This document shows, piece by piece, positions 34,903 to 45,441 of a stretch of 64,000 nucleotides of DNA. Location of the stretch: the IMG/VR virus record IMGVR_UViG_3300028766_000004, positions 24,969-88,968 of that record; one strand, written 5' to 3'. A program made the position numbers and the translations under genes. The notes below the pieces were generated by a model. It did no database searches and was not told the DNA's origin. It worked only from the letters and a program-made list of their open reading frames with translations. This DNA is from a virus. Positions within the stretch are counted from its first letter, which is position 1, and each line of letters starts with the position of its first letter.

Positions 34903-37598
34903 TTTGCTTTTCCTTGCCTAGCTGGTGGTTGCCCTTCTGGAGCCTTACCAACTTGGAGGCTTGGATGAGACGAAGCTCCACCTTGTACAAACTCGTTCGG
35001 GTCTCCGGGGTTATTGGGGTCTGGCTGTCCTTGTTCCCCACCTTGTCCAGCTTGAGCTTCCATTTGTTGGGCTTGTTGTTGCTGCGCTTGTTGCTGTAGT
35101 TTGTAGTTAACCACAACAGGGTTAAGTATTAGGTTCCCAATTTCTTCGTCATCGTACGGTTCTAATCCAGCCTCCTCACGAGTCTCATCTAAAGTCTTAT
35201 AAGCTTGTACTTCAGACGCTCTGATATTAACCATCTCCTGCTCATCTTTCATATCAATGCCAGTGAATTCAAAATACAAATTTCTGTCAATTTGATGGAG
35301 GATGTGGTAATTCATCTGTTCTTCTATGAAGTTGAGAAGGTTTCGTAATCCTTTATCCCTAGAATGTTTTAATTTCGCCTCAGGAGATGTTTCAAACAAT
35401 GGAGCAGACTCAGATGCACCGCGATAATCAAAGTTGATTTCGGCTGGATCAATCAAATAAACAGCTGTAACCATCTTTACGAGGTATTCAATCCAAGAAT
35501 TGTACTCCATATCCCTATTATTGGAATGTAGGTTGATAAACTCGATGCCATCCTTGCTTGTCAAAACAGGGATTTTATGTGCGTTCGTAACATTTGAAGC
35601 GAGAGCGTGCCACTGTCTACGAAAAGATTCAAGCATCTCTTGTGGAACATTGGCACCTTTTATGTTTAAGAGTCCGTTAATCATACTTCCATTCGAGAAG
35701 AACCTGCGATTATATTCTTGGGCAAATAGGATGCTCGTAACCATATTGATAAGCATCTCTAGTTCACTATATCCATAACCATTCAACTTGATGGAGTTGC
35801 GAACATTTCTAATGCAGAACGCCAATTCGCGGTACGTATAGGTATGACGAACAACATTGTTGTAAATCTGCACGTATTTGATGAGGTCTCTACCATCATC
35901 CAAACCTTCCACGCTCTGCATACGAGGTTGAGCTACGCGAATTGTAGATGCGTCTACAGCCCAGAACTCACACGGTTTTCCATTCTTGGCAGGGACGATT
36001 TCAAAACAGTTATGGCTGATACATCCATTAGCTAAATAACTATGAGTTTTCTCAACTTCAAAGTTGTAAACGTCCAAATCTTCAACTTGCGAACATTTAA
36101 CTTCATTTACTCGAATATAGAAATATTCGTCGTCTACCAAATAGGCCGAGCGTTCTTTGGTTGGTTCGGCAACTTCTAATCCGTTTTCTCTAGCCAATTC
36201 TCTATATTCTTTACCACTAATATTTCCTCTGTACTGGTCTAAACACGGAACACCATATCTATTAACCTTCAGTTCAGATTCTGCTAAATATATTCCCTCG
36301 GCGCTAAGTAGATGACGTAAGCCAACAAACAATTGTCTGGATGTTGTGTTTATCTTAGCTTTTGTTTTATATATCGTACCATCCCCGCTTAAATAGCCGC
36401 CAATAAAAGCCCTTCTAACTTTTCTAGAAGACAGCAGTATGGATAAAGGAACCATCTTGTTTTCTGAACCTTTTCCGCATAAGTCTTCTAACCAATCTCC
36501 AAAACCGCTACCGTTAGAATTAATAAATACGGTTATGGCGTTTCTTCCTTCAACTGGATCGACGTGAGATTTTAATCCTATTTTTTCAGCAAATTTTAGA
36601 GTAAAATCAGCCAATTCTGTTTCATCAGAATGAAAAGTCAACCTCACACTTCCATTTTGTTGATTCCCTTCCGCCACGTAGAGACCTAAGAATCTCCCAA
36701 ATTCACTATCAATATGATGAGTTTTATCTCCAAATACAGCTTCAACATCTGATTCAGGCAGTTTTATGCGGGGGTAGGTTAAATACATTCCTGAAGAAAT
36801 ATTCTTAGCCTCTAACCATTCTGAGACGAATGGCTTACGACGAGTTCCAAGATAAGCCCACTTATCTTTAAGAACAAGAAGAGGGTGACCTTCTGTAGCC
36901 GTAATCTTCTGACCTCTAGATTTTATAGAGTAAAGATTCCCAGAATATTTGCGAGAATAAATTTGTTCTACCTTAGCTAATTCTCCATTATGGGAAAAAA
37001 CTTGATGGCCGACCTTAACGTCTTGGATGTTTATAAACGCTCCAAACATTTCAATCCTAGTATTAGCCGGATGACATGCTTGGTCGTAAATAAGTGAATC
37101 ACGAACAAAACGCTTCAAAAACTCAGCGAAATTGGGACGTCTTTCGCCAGAACGATATCTATCTGTATAACCAGTTTGGTAAAAAATATCTTCTAGCAGA
37201 TCGAGACGTCCTCTTTCTTCCTTGGTTGGTTTCCTGTTAGCATCTTTAAAACGAATTTGGAATCCGAGTGAATTCTTTTTCCATCTCGCAGGTTGAGCGA
37301 AGCTACAAATTTGCGCTATACGAGTATTTATTATGGCGTTAACCTGCTCTGTCTTTTCCGACATAGCAGCCAAAACATCATACGTTAAGCTGGAATATCT
37401 TTCTTTATACTGGGTTTGACCAATCAAAGACAAAGGATCGAACAACATAGAACGAGGAGATATTGCACTCGGCGCGAGACCACCCAATTCGCTAGAACGC
37501 TGAGTTAGCTCGGCATTCACTTTTTCAGTAACCTGTTGGTCGAGAGACTTCCCATTCAGTCCTTGTCTCCAACCGGCGATAGCTTCACGAAATCCCAT
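34899..37598 (-). CDS. Portal protein (intein-containing)
   Basis: AIINTR..Q, RDSLIYDQ, AVDASTIR, GYGYSELE, DPAEINF, SRDKGL. Confidence 0.92.
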   Translation of the reverse strand: MGFREAIAGWRQGLNGKSLDQQVTEKVNAELTQRSSELGGLAPSAISPRSMLFDPLSLIGQTQYKERYSSLTYDVLAAMSEKTEQVNAIINTRIAQICSFAQPARWKKNSLGFQIRFKDANRKPTKEERGRLDLLEDIFYQTGYTDRYRSGERRPNFAEFLKRFVRDSLIYDQACHPANTRIEMFGAFINIQDVKVGHQVFSHNGELAKVEQIYSRKYSGNLYSIKSRGQKITATEGHPLLVLKDKWAYLGTRRKPFVSEWLEAKNISSGMYLTYPRIKLPESDVEAVFGDKTHHIDSEFGRFLGLYVAEGNQQNGSVRLTFHSDETELADFTLKFAEKIGLKSHVDPVEGRNAITVFINSNGSGFGDWLEDLCGKGSENKMVPLSILLSSRKVRRAFIGGYLSGDGTIYKTKAKINTTSRQLFVGLRHLLSAEGIYLAESELKVNRYGVPCLDQYRGNISGKEYRELARENGLEVAEPTKERSAYLVDDEYFYIRVNEVKCSQVEDLDVYNFEVEKTHSYLANGCISHNCFEIVPAKNGKPCEFWAVDASTIRVAQPRMQSVEGLDDGRDLIKYVQIYNNVVRHTYTYRELAFCIRNVRNSIKLNGYGYSELEMLINMVTSILFAQEYNRRFFSNGSMINGLLNIKGANVPQEMLESFRRQWHALASNVTNAHKIPVLTSKDGIEFINLHSNNRDMEYNSWIEYLVKMVTAVYLIDPAEINFDYRGASESAPLFETSPEAKLKHSRDKGLRNLLNFIEEQMNYHILHQIDRNLYFEFTGIDMKDEQEMVNIRASEVQAYKTLDETREEAGLEPYDDEEIGNLILNPVVVNYKLQQQAQQQQAQQMEAQAGQGGEQGQPDPNNPGDPNEFVQGGASSHPSLQVGKAPEGQPPARQGKAK
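36009..37076 (-). mobile_element. Intein (356 aa) with LAGLIDADG endonuclease in portal
   Basis: A|CHPANT..., TEGHPLL, LGLYVAEG, FIGGYLSGDG, VYNFEV...SHN|C. Confidence 0.93.
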
Positions 37599-40500
37599 TA
37601 TAACCCCTCGTCAACTACACTTTTATTAAGTTGCTCTACGCATTCGTTGTAGAACGATTTAAGAGCAACTTCATCATTATCTTTTACAAACTTCTTAAAC
37701 CTATTGGCGTTAGTTCTGTATGGGAACAATCCAGCCTTATACATAATGTTTTCAATATATACCAAACGCTCTACCCATTGTTCTGCGCTGCTTACTTTGT
37801 CAGACTTGATCAAACTTAGATTATGAATTACAGGTTCTCTATGTATGGATTTAGAACTAGTGTCAGACTTGTTCAGATCGAAAACAAACATCGGTTTTGT
37901 TTCCATTCTGAAGTCGGTTGCAATAGTTGCAATTTTTTGGCCCATAGATTTGATTACGTCGTCAGTCAACGGCGCTGTGAAATCTTCCTGCATCGTAGAT
38001 GCTGAAAATTCGTTGTTCTTGATTACGTCTTTGATGAGGCCTTTAAGTAATGCACGATTTCCAGTTTTACGAACATCTACAGGGATAGCCTTGTAGGTGG
38101 TCATAAAGGAATCTATGAATTCATCAAAGTACGCACCAAGAAGTTCTGTACACCGTGTCAAATCATTAGAGTTCACATCGTTATAGAACGATTTGCGTAA
38201 GGCGATACTAATATCTCTACGGGCTAGAATCTTCTCGGCTTCAATGAGTTTAACTAACGATTTCTCCGACCAGTTATCGTAATATTCATCGGCTTCTTGT
38301 TTTTCGGCCAAAAAGGCGTGATATGCGTTTATCAGCTTCAACCCGAAATTCGTTTTAGCCATACCCATATCCAGATATTTGCCCGACTTGCCAGATTGTT
38401 GGATGGCATGGTTGATATTCGCTATGTCGCTTTGAATATCCGGCGAATAAAACTGCGAATTCTCAAGAATATTATTACGTTTTTGTTGGAATCTTTTTAC
38501 GGCTACATCAGCCATGTGATTAACACCATCTTGAACCGTTTTGTTATGCTCTTCTTTGGCTTTTACTTGTTGCTCATCTACTGGGTGTTCTATCTTAGAG
38601 ACATATGGTTCAAACTCTTTTCCATCTACATCTGCCAACTTTTTTCCCTGTAGATTATAATCATCAATCGCCGATTTTAAGGCGTGTTTCATAGCCTTAA
38701 TAGCCGGGTCTTGGATGTATTCTGAGGATGTACCACCACCAGCGTAAAATTTTTGTAAGTTCTTTTCAGCACCTACAATAGTATTGCGAAGGTCTCTAAC
38801 TTTAAAATACAGCGCCTTATCTTTAGTAGCTGGTCCAGACGCTGCAGGAGACGTTGGTACTTGTAGCCCTTTTGTCCCTTCTTCTGACGGAACAGAAGCT
38901 TTTTCTTCTTGGTATTTATCAACCTCTTTGCCAAGTTGATCTATGTTGTTTTGTAGCACTTTGGTTTGCTTATGCATAGCTACACCATTCTTAACACTTT
39001 GTAGCTTTGCATAAGCCGTCTTCGATGGCATTTCTTCCTCAGATTCAGGTAATTCAACCTTGATTCCGCTCTCTTCCATAAGTTTGCCAAGCTTCTTCAC
39101 AGCTTTTGCAGGATCGAGAGACATGCTTTGAACACCTTCGATTACTCGTTGAGCTTCAGTTCTCTTCTCTGGGTCTTCAATTTCACCAGCCTTTTCATAT
39201 TGTTCCTTCAAAGTATCAAACTGGAACATCGGGTCGTCTACTCCAGTGTCATTGGCAAATCTGTGCATCTGATTGAATGTTTTGTTTACCCATTTGCTAT
39301 CTGGGTCGGTTTCAAGATGTTGAGCCAACGTATCCGCTCTTTGCTCGTAGCTCGGGGTTAGAAGCTTTTTATCTTGGAGATGATTTCTCAATTCTTCTAA
39401 ATGGTTCGCCATATCAATATGTTCATCGGTAGGAGTATGTATATCAAACGGAGGAGGCAATGGTTTACCGGCTGATGCAACTGGCAGGTCTACATTTCGC
39501 TGTAGAAATGCTTTATATACATCAAGTAGTTCTCTATTGTCTTTGGATGCATCAACTTTTCCAAGCCTATCTGACAACCCCTTGAATCCGTGTTTAGTTG
39601 CTAACCACTGGAGGGTTTTAATAGTGTTGGTTTGCATCCTATCGAGATATTCAGACGCTGGCTTATCAGATGCTAATTTCTGCTCAGCTACAGTGAGGAA
39701 GTTTGGGTCTGAAACCTTAGCCCCGACCAATTGCTCGAAATCTTGCATCGTCTTTGGTGGGGCTATCGAATCAACAGCTCCATTATTATCTACGAATTGA
39801 TGAATGATTTTTGAAGCTGAGTCGATGTTATTTCCAACGTGTAGGTCGTGACGAGCCTTCAGTACCTTAAAAGGTACATCTGAATTAGACTTCATATAGT
39901 TATTAATCTTGTCTAATGCCATCGTTGCACTATCAAAGTGTTCTGGTTTCAAATGTGCATACTGATCAAGATTGTCGGGTTGTTCTGGTGCAGTCTCTTC
40001 CTTCTTCTGTTCTTCAAACTGCTCAAGCGGTTCGATATCAGGATGTATCTGATCTGGCTTAAGCGGCTTCTCTTCAACAGCTTGTTCATCTTCTGGAAGT
40101 TTGGCATATTCGCTCGGTTTAACCGGAGGTTCAGCACCCATAGCATAATCGAGTTTAGACATTCCACCCTTCTTGGCGTCGTAACCGAAATGCTCCAATT
40201 CTCCGTGAATTGGATGCTCTCGAGCAAATGTTTCTACCATCCCCATAGGAACAGGAATAGACTTTTCACCATCCCAAACAAGAATTTTTTGATTAGGGTT
40301 TGGCCCTTGTGCCTTAGCTTGTTTTCCATCTTTTCCAGCCACTGTTGGCGTTGGTGGTGCGGATTCTACTACGTGTCCATAATGCATCTGATATTCGCCA
40401 GTTTTTACATCAGGAGCGTAATATCCAATCCAGTCTGCTGGTTTAAGATGTTGGGCTAATAGCTGAAGTTTATTCTGCCGATGTTTCATCTGATCGGCCT

Positions 40501-41413
40501 TCATTTGCATTTGCTGATCAACAGGGATAATTTTCTGTGCTTCTTGTGTAGGTGCTCCAACTGAGGGAACGTGAACACCTTCGCTAAACTTGTATTTGTT
40601 TACTTTGCCAGTTTCGTCAGGCCTCTCATAATGATTTATATCTCCGTAAAAGAACTCTACAAGGTCTCCATTCGGTTTCTTAACCGTCACGGTTTTCTTT
40701 TCTGGATTCTTTGCCACAACCGTTCCGTTAGCTGTAAATCCTTTACCATTTGGCCCTAAACCAATTGTTGGATCGGGGTGATATCCCTGAAACGATACAT
40801 CATCACCATGTTGTAGTTTGTCTTCATACCACTTAGATTTAGGGGTGTGATTATATTCGATAGAAGCGCTCTTCGTTGGGTCTAGTTGAGCAAGCTTCTG
40901 ACCGTCCTTCTTATCACGAATGGGTTGAGTACTGACCATCGGTCTTGCTTTCGCACCGTCTGGTTTAGATGCTGCGGCACTCTGTTCGTTAACAGTCGAT
41001 TCTGGAGAACTCGTAGTTGGCGCTGGTGAATTTGGACCGGGGGTTGCTGAAGATTGAGGCTGTGGAGAAGTTTTTTTATCTTCATTTGGCTTATTAAAAG
41101 TTAAAGTTGGTTTAATTGGAGATGGCGTTGAAAATGGTGCGTCGGTTACATTTTCTATAGCCATCTGCTGTTCTTGTGGTCCATTAATTGTCGGAACAAT
41201 TACTGGAACTGCACCTCCGTTGAGTATTAGCTTAGTTACCTCACCAGATTGAGCACCTGGAGCTCCAGCTCCCGGAGCTGCATTTGCTGCAGCTTGATTT
41301 CCTTTAATATTTGGAAGTTTTGGCTTGCCAAACGGAGCCATTCCCTTTACAATCAAATCCTCAAATAGTTGAGGTTCGCTCTTACCTAAATAATCATCTA
41401 ATTCTTTAAACAT
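37598..41413 (-). CDS. Large low-complexity protein with SH3/KOW-like segments, putative head-internal protein
   Basis: SD GGAG before MFKELDDYLGKS; many K-S/G sites at both termini. Confidence 0.6.
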   Translation of the reverse strand: MFKELDDYLGKSEPQLFEDLIVKGMAPFGKPKLPNIKGNQAAANAAPGAGAPGAQSGEVTKLILNGGAVPVIVPTINGPQEQQMAIENVTDAPFSTPSPIKPTLTFNKPNEDKKTSPQPQSSATPGPNSPAPTTSSPESTVNEQSAAASKPDGAKARPMVSTQPIRDKKDGQKLAQLDPTKSASIEYNHTPKSKWYEDKLQHGDDVSFQGYHPDPTIGLGPNGKGFTANGTVVAKNPEKKTVTVKKPNGDLVEFFYGDINHYERPDETGKVNKYKFSEGVHVPSVGAPTQEAQKIIPVDQQMQMKADQMKHRQNKLQLLAQHLKPADWIGYYAPDVKTGEYQMHYGHVVESAPPTPTVAGKDGKQAKAQGPNPNQKILVWDGEKSIPVPMGMVETFAREHPIHGELEHFGYDAKKGGMSKLDYAMGAEPPVKPSEYAKLPEDEQAVEEKPLKPDQIHPDIEPLEQFEEQKKEETAPEQPDNLDQYAHLKPEHFDSATMALDKINNYMKSNSDVPFKVLKARHDLHVGNNIDSASKIIHQFVDNNGAVDSIAPPKTMQDFEQLVGAKVSDPNFLTVAEQKLASDKPASEYLDRMQTNTIKTLQWLATKHGFKGLSDRLGKVDASKDNRELLDVYKAFLQRNVDLPVASAGKPLPPPFDIHTPTDEHIDMANHLEELRNHLQDKKLLTPSYEQRADTLAQHLETDPDSKWVNKTFNQMHRFANDTGVDDPMFQFDTLKEQYEKAGEIEDPEKRTEAQRVIEGVQSMSLDPAKAVKKLGKLMEESGIKVELPESEEEMPSKTAYAKLQSVKNGVAMHKQTKVLQNNIDQLGKEVDKYQEEKASVPSEEGTKGLQVPTSPAASGPATKDKALYFKVRDLRNTIVGAEKNLQKFYAGGGTSSEYIQDPAIKAMKHALKSAIDDYNLQGKKLADVDGKEFEPYVSKIEHPVDEQQVKAKEEHNKTVQDGVNHMADVAVKRFQQKRNNILENSQFYSPDIQSDIANINHAIQQSGKSGKYLDMGMAKTNFGLKLINAYHAFLAEKQEADEYYDNWSEKSLVKLIEAEKILARRDISIALRKSFYNDVNSNDLTRCTELLGAYFDEFIDSFMTTYKAIPVDVRKTGNRALLKGLIKDVIKNNEFSASTMQEDFTAPLTDDVIKSMGQKIATIATDFRMETKPMFVFDLNKSDTSSKSIHREPVIHNLSLIKSDKVSSAEQWVERLVYIENIMYKAGLFPYRTNANRFKKFVKDNDEVALKSFYNECVEQLNKSVVDEGL

Positions 41414-41435
41414 TTTCACTCCGAATAACAATAGG

Positions 41436-41678
41436 CTATTCGATATTTTCACGGCGTTTGTTCAGCGTATCGCTGGATACAGATGAACAGAATAAATATC
41501 CATCAACGAGGATTAAGGCACTAACTTTTTTAGCACCACTGACATCAATGCAGCGGTTTTGTTTTTCGTATTGTTCTTTAAGTCTTTTGAGACTTCTAGA
41601 ACCGTATTTCAAAATACTAGTCACCCTGTCGGAGTGAACAGTATGCCCATTTCCTATATCCAACAATACAATTTTCAT
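41436..41678 (-). CDS. RemA (DUF370)-like DNA-binding regulator
   Basis: LLDIGNGHTVHSDRVTSIL...S..LKRL...IDVSGAKKV..LILVDG....S.V...TL.KR parallels Bacillus RemA. Confidence 0.7.
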   Translation of the reverse strand: MKIVLLDIGNGHTVHSDRVTSILKYGSRSLKRLKEQYEKQNRCIDVSGAKKVSALILVDGYLFCSSVSSDTLNKRRENIE

Positions 41679-41866
41679 TGTCTTCCGTAAAAACCCATTA
41701 AGATTCCCATTCCGCTCATAGGAGCGCTTGCAGCAATTTCTATATCGTTAGCATCAAAACCAATAACATGGAAACGATGTCTACAGCTAGCACACTCGAA
41801 TAGTCGAGGTGGTCGCTCCATATCTATAGTAATTATACTACTTCCTTCGCATTTTGGACAAACCAT
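41675..41866 (-). CDS. Zn-ribbon protein
   Basis: CPKC...FECASCRHRF. Confidence 0.6.
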   Translation of the reverse strand: MVCPKCEGSSIITIDMERPPRLFECASCRHRFHVIGFDANDIEIAASAPMSGMGILMGFYGRQ

Positions 41867-42105
41867 TATTCACCAATTGGTGGTGCTGCCGATCCAGCTC
41901 CGGGATTCTTAAATCTACGTCGCTTGAAAGAGTTTACTCTCGTTGCTTGCTGTTTTGCCATGTTGATCCGTTTGAACGATCTTACATTGGATGTGATGGC
42001 TGGTTCTGAATCAGTCGCTATACTTTTCGCAAACTGAACCAATCCAGCTAAATCATCATTAGCGTCTCGATATTTTTTCGCTAAAGTCACCAATTCATCA
42101 ATCAT
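41866..42105 (-). CDS. Small basic hypothetical protein
   Basis: MIDELVTLAKK...FAKS; start inferred. Confidence 0.5.
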   Translation of the reverse strand: MIDELVTLAKKYRDANDDLAGLVQFAKSIATDSEPAITSNVRSFKRINMAKQQATRVNSFKRRRFKNPGAGSAAPPIGE

Positions 42106-42106
42106 T

Positions 42107-42853
42107 CTATTTTCCAAACGTGAACTTGGCAGATTTGCCAATAGATTTAGGTAGATTCATAGGCTTCGCTTCTGTTTGTTTAGGTGCTACCGGACCTCTA
42201 CCATGTGAAAATTCATAATTCTTCTTACTCAAATCTTTGATTGCATCTGTATCACCAGACGATCTCTTCTTATCCTTCCAATTCTTATTAGCTGAATTTA
42301 AAGCGACTGTTGTATCAACTGGGTGATAATTCTTAGAAGGACGGAGCCGTTGTGTTCTTGTGTAATCTTTCTTCGCTGATTGCCTAGATTCGTGTTGAGA
42401 AACTTTGTCAAAACCTTTAAACATCACATCGGATAGAACAACCAATTCGTCTAGAACCTCGACACTCTTATTCATTTTGCTGTCTCCAACCGATTTATTG
42501 GCATCTGAATCTGGACATGTTTCTGTGTGGAATCCTTTCCCTTTACAGGTAGGGCATGGGTCGCCGTGTAAAACGCCACATCCGTTGCACATCTGTGTTG
42601 CGGGATTAATATTTCCCTTACAATCTGCGTCTTTCGTATGCTTATCACTAAACAAATGTCTTCCAGCAGCGCCCTTGTCTAATAAATCTCCAAACAAATC
42701 CATAGACTTCTCCGATGGTGGTGCAACTTGTGGCTGGTGACGTGGGCAATGCGATCCATCCGTCTTCCACAAACAACCTTTCTGAGGACAATACATTTCT
42801 GGATGCTCTTGCTTACGTTGCGCAACTTTGGCTGCGATGTTCATATTAATCAC
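42107..42853 (-). CDS. Hypothetical Cys-rich modular protein with K-S/G sites
   Basis: EKS, LDKG, MNKS, MFKG separate short Cys/His modules. Confidence 0.55.
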   Translation of the reverse strand: MINMNIAAKVAQRKQEHPEMYCPQKGCLWKTDGSHCPRHQPQVAPPSEKSMDLFGDLLDKGAAGRHLFSDKHTKDADCKGNINPATQMCNGCGVLHGDPCPTCKGKGFHTETCPDSDANKSVGDSKMNKSVEVLDELVVLSDVMFKGFDKVSQHESRQSAKKDYTRTQRLRPSKNYHPVDTTVALNSANKNWKDKKRSSGDTDAIKDLSKKNYEFSHGRGPVAPKQTEAKPMNLPKSIGKSAKFTFGK

Positions 42854-42902
42854 ACCCCAAAGTAAAGTTTAAGTTCCGCCGCAATCAAAAGCAAGCGTTA
42901 TC

Positions 42903-44639
42903 CTAAAGGAAGTGGTATCCAAACTGCCCAGTGTCCATCAACTTATGTAAAGCCAAAAGCGCATAAGCAAAGCTGTGAGCGTAATGATCATCTCCCTTCT
43001 TACCTATCTTCTCAATAATTTGTAAATCTGCGCTGTTTGGGTCTTCAACTTCCTCGTGAATTAAAGCCAAATTCAAAATATGCTTGAAGAATGTTTTGTA
43101 TTGTTCTAGATTGCCTGGAAACCAAATCTTTCGCTGCTTTACATCTTCCAGCATATTTCTCAAATGCATAGTTCTATCAACCGAAACTCTATGTCCTTGT
43201 TCGTTCCATACAGGCTGGAATATCTTGTCTTTCGCTGTTCCAGACGTGTAGCTGCAACTATACAAACGGTCTGGAAATGCCTTCAATAGATAATCGTTAC
43301 GATCTCGTCCATATCCCAAATCGGCAACTATGTAGTTTGGGTTAAACCCTCCTAGTATGCGAGCAAACTCCTTAGCAGTATTCAAAACATCTGGGCTATC
43401 TTGCACCACATACAAACCGGCCACTTCAACCTTTCCATCCTTTCTCTTGCCCAACACCACCATCCAGTTAAAATACCCCCAGTCGATACCAGCTACAACG
43501 GCTGCATACTCTGGCCTTCGTATCATCGGAATGGTCCTAGTAGCGTCCAACTGCCTCATCAAAGCATCTTCTGAAATCAATCCATCGTTGCTGGAGTATG
43601 GTAATCCAAGGACGTAATTGTAGAAGATATCCATGAACTTATATTTCTTTAGCTGGCGCATTACTTGGTCGGCGCTGATCCATACGCATGATAGTTGGCT
43701 TATGTTGTACCCAGCGTCATCATGTCCCTTATCGGGATACTTTGGAACCCATACACCATCCCATCTATTAACCTCCGAAACACATCCAGCGTGAGCACAT
43801 TTGTATTTGTAACTACCGGGCGGAATATATTCATCAGTTTGGTCTAGGTCTCTTAGTTGTTGGATGTTGTCTTCGAAATTTAATGTTTGAGAGTGACCTG
43901 AGGTACACTTAACGAACCAGAAGTTTTGGCTGCTCTTAGAAAAGCTCTTATCGATACCAACACCGGGGAGTGTTGGGGTACTGAATTCACGGATTAGACC
44001 ATAACGTGAAGAAGACAAGGATTGTTCGAAGGCTGCTTCCACCTTATCGCTCATACGATCTTTTTCGTCAATATACAAGACATCAGCATCAACACCTTCA
44101 CCAAGTCTAGACGTTTGACCAGAACGCATAAAAAGGAAGCTCTTGCCTATTTTTTTAGCTCCAACGTTATCCAAATCTCCCTTTTGTTGGAGATTTTTCA
44201 TATATAGCGTTTCGCTCAAAGCTTCATTAATACGAGTGTTAGCAAAATCCTCCATCTGTTGTTTGGTTGGAAAGACGTACATTGCTTTTGTTCTATCATG
44301 CTGAGATAGGAACCACAACACTTCAGTCACAGACGACTCGGAAGCTCCACACTGACGAGATTTCTCATAACATTTACTCTTAGCTTGGTCGCCTAACATT
44401 TGAGCTAGAAATGGACGATGTGCAACCCAATTTTTAGTATCATCTCGTTTAGACTCAGGAATACTAAAACGATACGGCTCGCCTTTTAGCGCCCTATACT
44501 GCATCCCCCACGTCACTGGACAAGACTTTGCTATCGATGGGGCAATTGCTTTGAATTGCCCGATATCTAAATCGACGCCATATTTACTTTGTATTTCTAA
44601 AATTTTTGTAGTTATAGCTGTTTGCTGTTCCGGATTCAT
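42903..44639 (-). CDS. terL: Terminase large subunit
   Basis: KSRQCGASE Walker A, YIDEKD Walker B, FSTPT, GIDWG, DDHYAH; start uncertain (44639 or 44666). Confidence 0.92.
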   Translation of the reverse strand: MNPEQQTAITTKILEIQSKYGVDLDIGQFKAIAPSIAKSCPVTWGMQYRALKGEPYRFSIPESKRDDTKNWVAHRPFLAQMLGDQAKSKCYEKSRQCGASESSVTEVLWFLSQHDRTKAMYVFPTKQQMEDFANTRINEALSETLYMKNLQQKGDLDNVGAKKIGKSFLFMRSGQTSRLGEGVDADVLYIDEKDRMSDKVEAAFEQSLSSSRYGLIREFSTPTLPGVGIDKSFSKSSQNFWFVKCTSGHSQTLNFEDNIQQLRDLDQTDEYIPPGSYKYKCAHAGCVSEVNRWDGVWVPKYPDKGHDDAGYNISQLSCVWISADQVMRQLKKYKFMDIFYNYVLGLPYSSNDGLISEDALMRQLDATRTIPMIRRPEYAAVVAGIDWGYFNWMVVLGKRKDGKVEVAGLYVVQDSPDVLNTAKEFARILGGFNPNYIVADLGYGRDRNDYLLKAFPDRLYSCSYTSGTAKDKIFQPVWNEQGHRVSVDRTMHLRNMLEDVKQRKIWFPGNLEQYKTFFKHILNLALIHEEVEDPNSADLQIIEKIGKKGDDHYAHSFAYALLALHKLMDTGQFGYHFL

Positions 44640-45441
44640 TTGTTTCCTGTGATGCCCTATATTCAAACAAAGCGTTCATCATTACTTTGAATTCGTCGAA
44701 ACTAAAAAACTTATTCTTCACCGTATTGCAGGCTGTGCAACAAGACACCACGTTTCCTTCAATATATCCGAGACTGTTATTTTTCCTATTGACGCCGTTG
44801 TATCTGAATGTTGGATGAGGGTGATTTTTTAGATACCCAACTCTTATAGTCCTACTTGGTTTAGCCGAACAATAGACACAATCTCCCAATATCAACTCGC
44901 CAAATCTTTCTTTCGTTATCGTAAATTCCAAGTCATCGCGCTTACATCTTTACATATACATCATCATCACTGTTCTGACTGTATCAATTGTCAGTTCTCT
45001 ATTCGTACACCCACAACTCAAACTGGTACGCCTCTTCAATAAACCTCCGGCGACAGATCGAATTGTTCCGCAATCACAAACGCATTCCCATTTCAATGGA
45101 ACCAGTTCACCCCTTTTATGAGGGGCTAAACGCATTACGGTCCATTTACCAAATCTATTGCCAGTTAAATCAATTATCGTTCTACCAGCTATTTGTTTCC
45201 AAAGACAACCACAGCTTTTAGTCTTGTCACTAATCATTCTCTTAGCAGCAACATCGCAAATATTCCCACAATCACATTTGCATTTCCATACGATTTTTCC
45301 ATGAGACTGACGATAGTCAGCTATTTCATAAGGCACTAAGTTTCCAAATCTCTTTCCAGAGATATTAGTAACCAGACAGCCAGTGTGTTTATTAACAATA
45401 CGTTCTACTATATTATCCATTTGTTCAGCTTCCGTTTGCAT
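44584..45441 (-). pseudogene. HNH-type homing endonuclease broken by one in-frame TAA
   Basis: G.RFG..W.C.CDCG..SCGC twice, then YM*RCKRDDLEF..CVYC..GVNRKNN..GY..GNVVSCC..CN in the same frame. Confidence 0.75.

Noticed and set aside
44950-44952. Stop-codon recoding
   Set aside because: Only one in-frame TAA, in a selfish gene; TAA, TAG and TGA all terminate genes normally and no suppressor tRNA is seen
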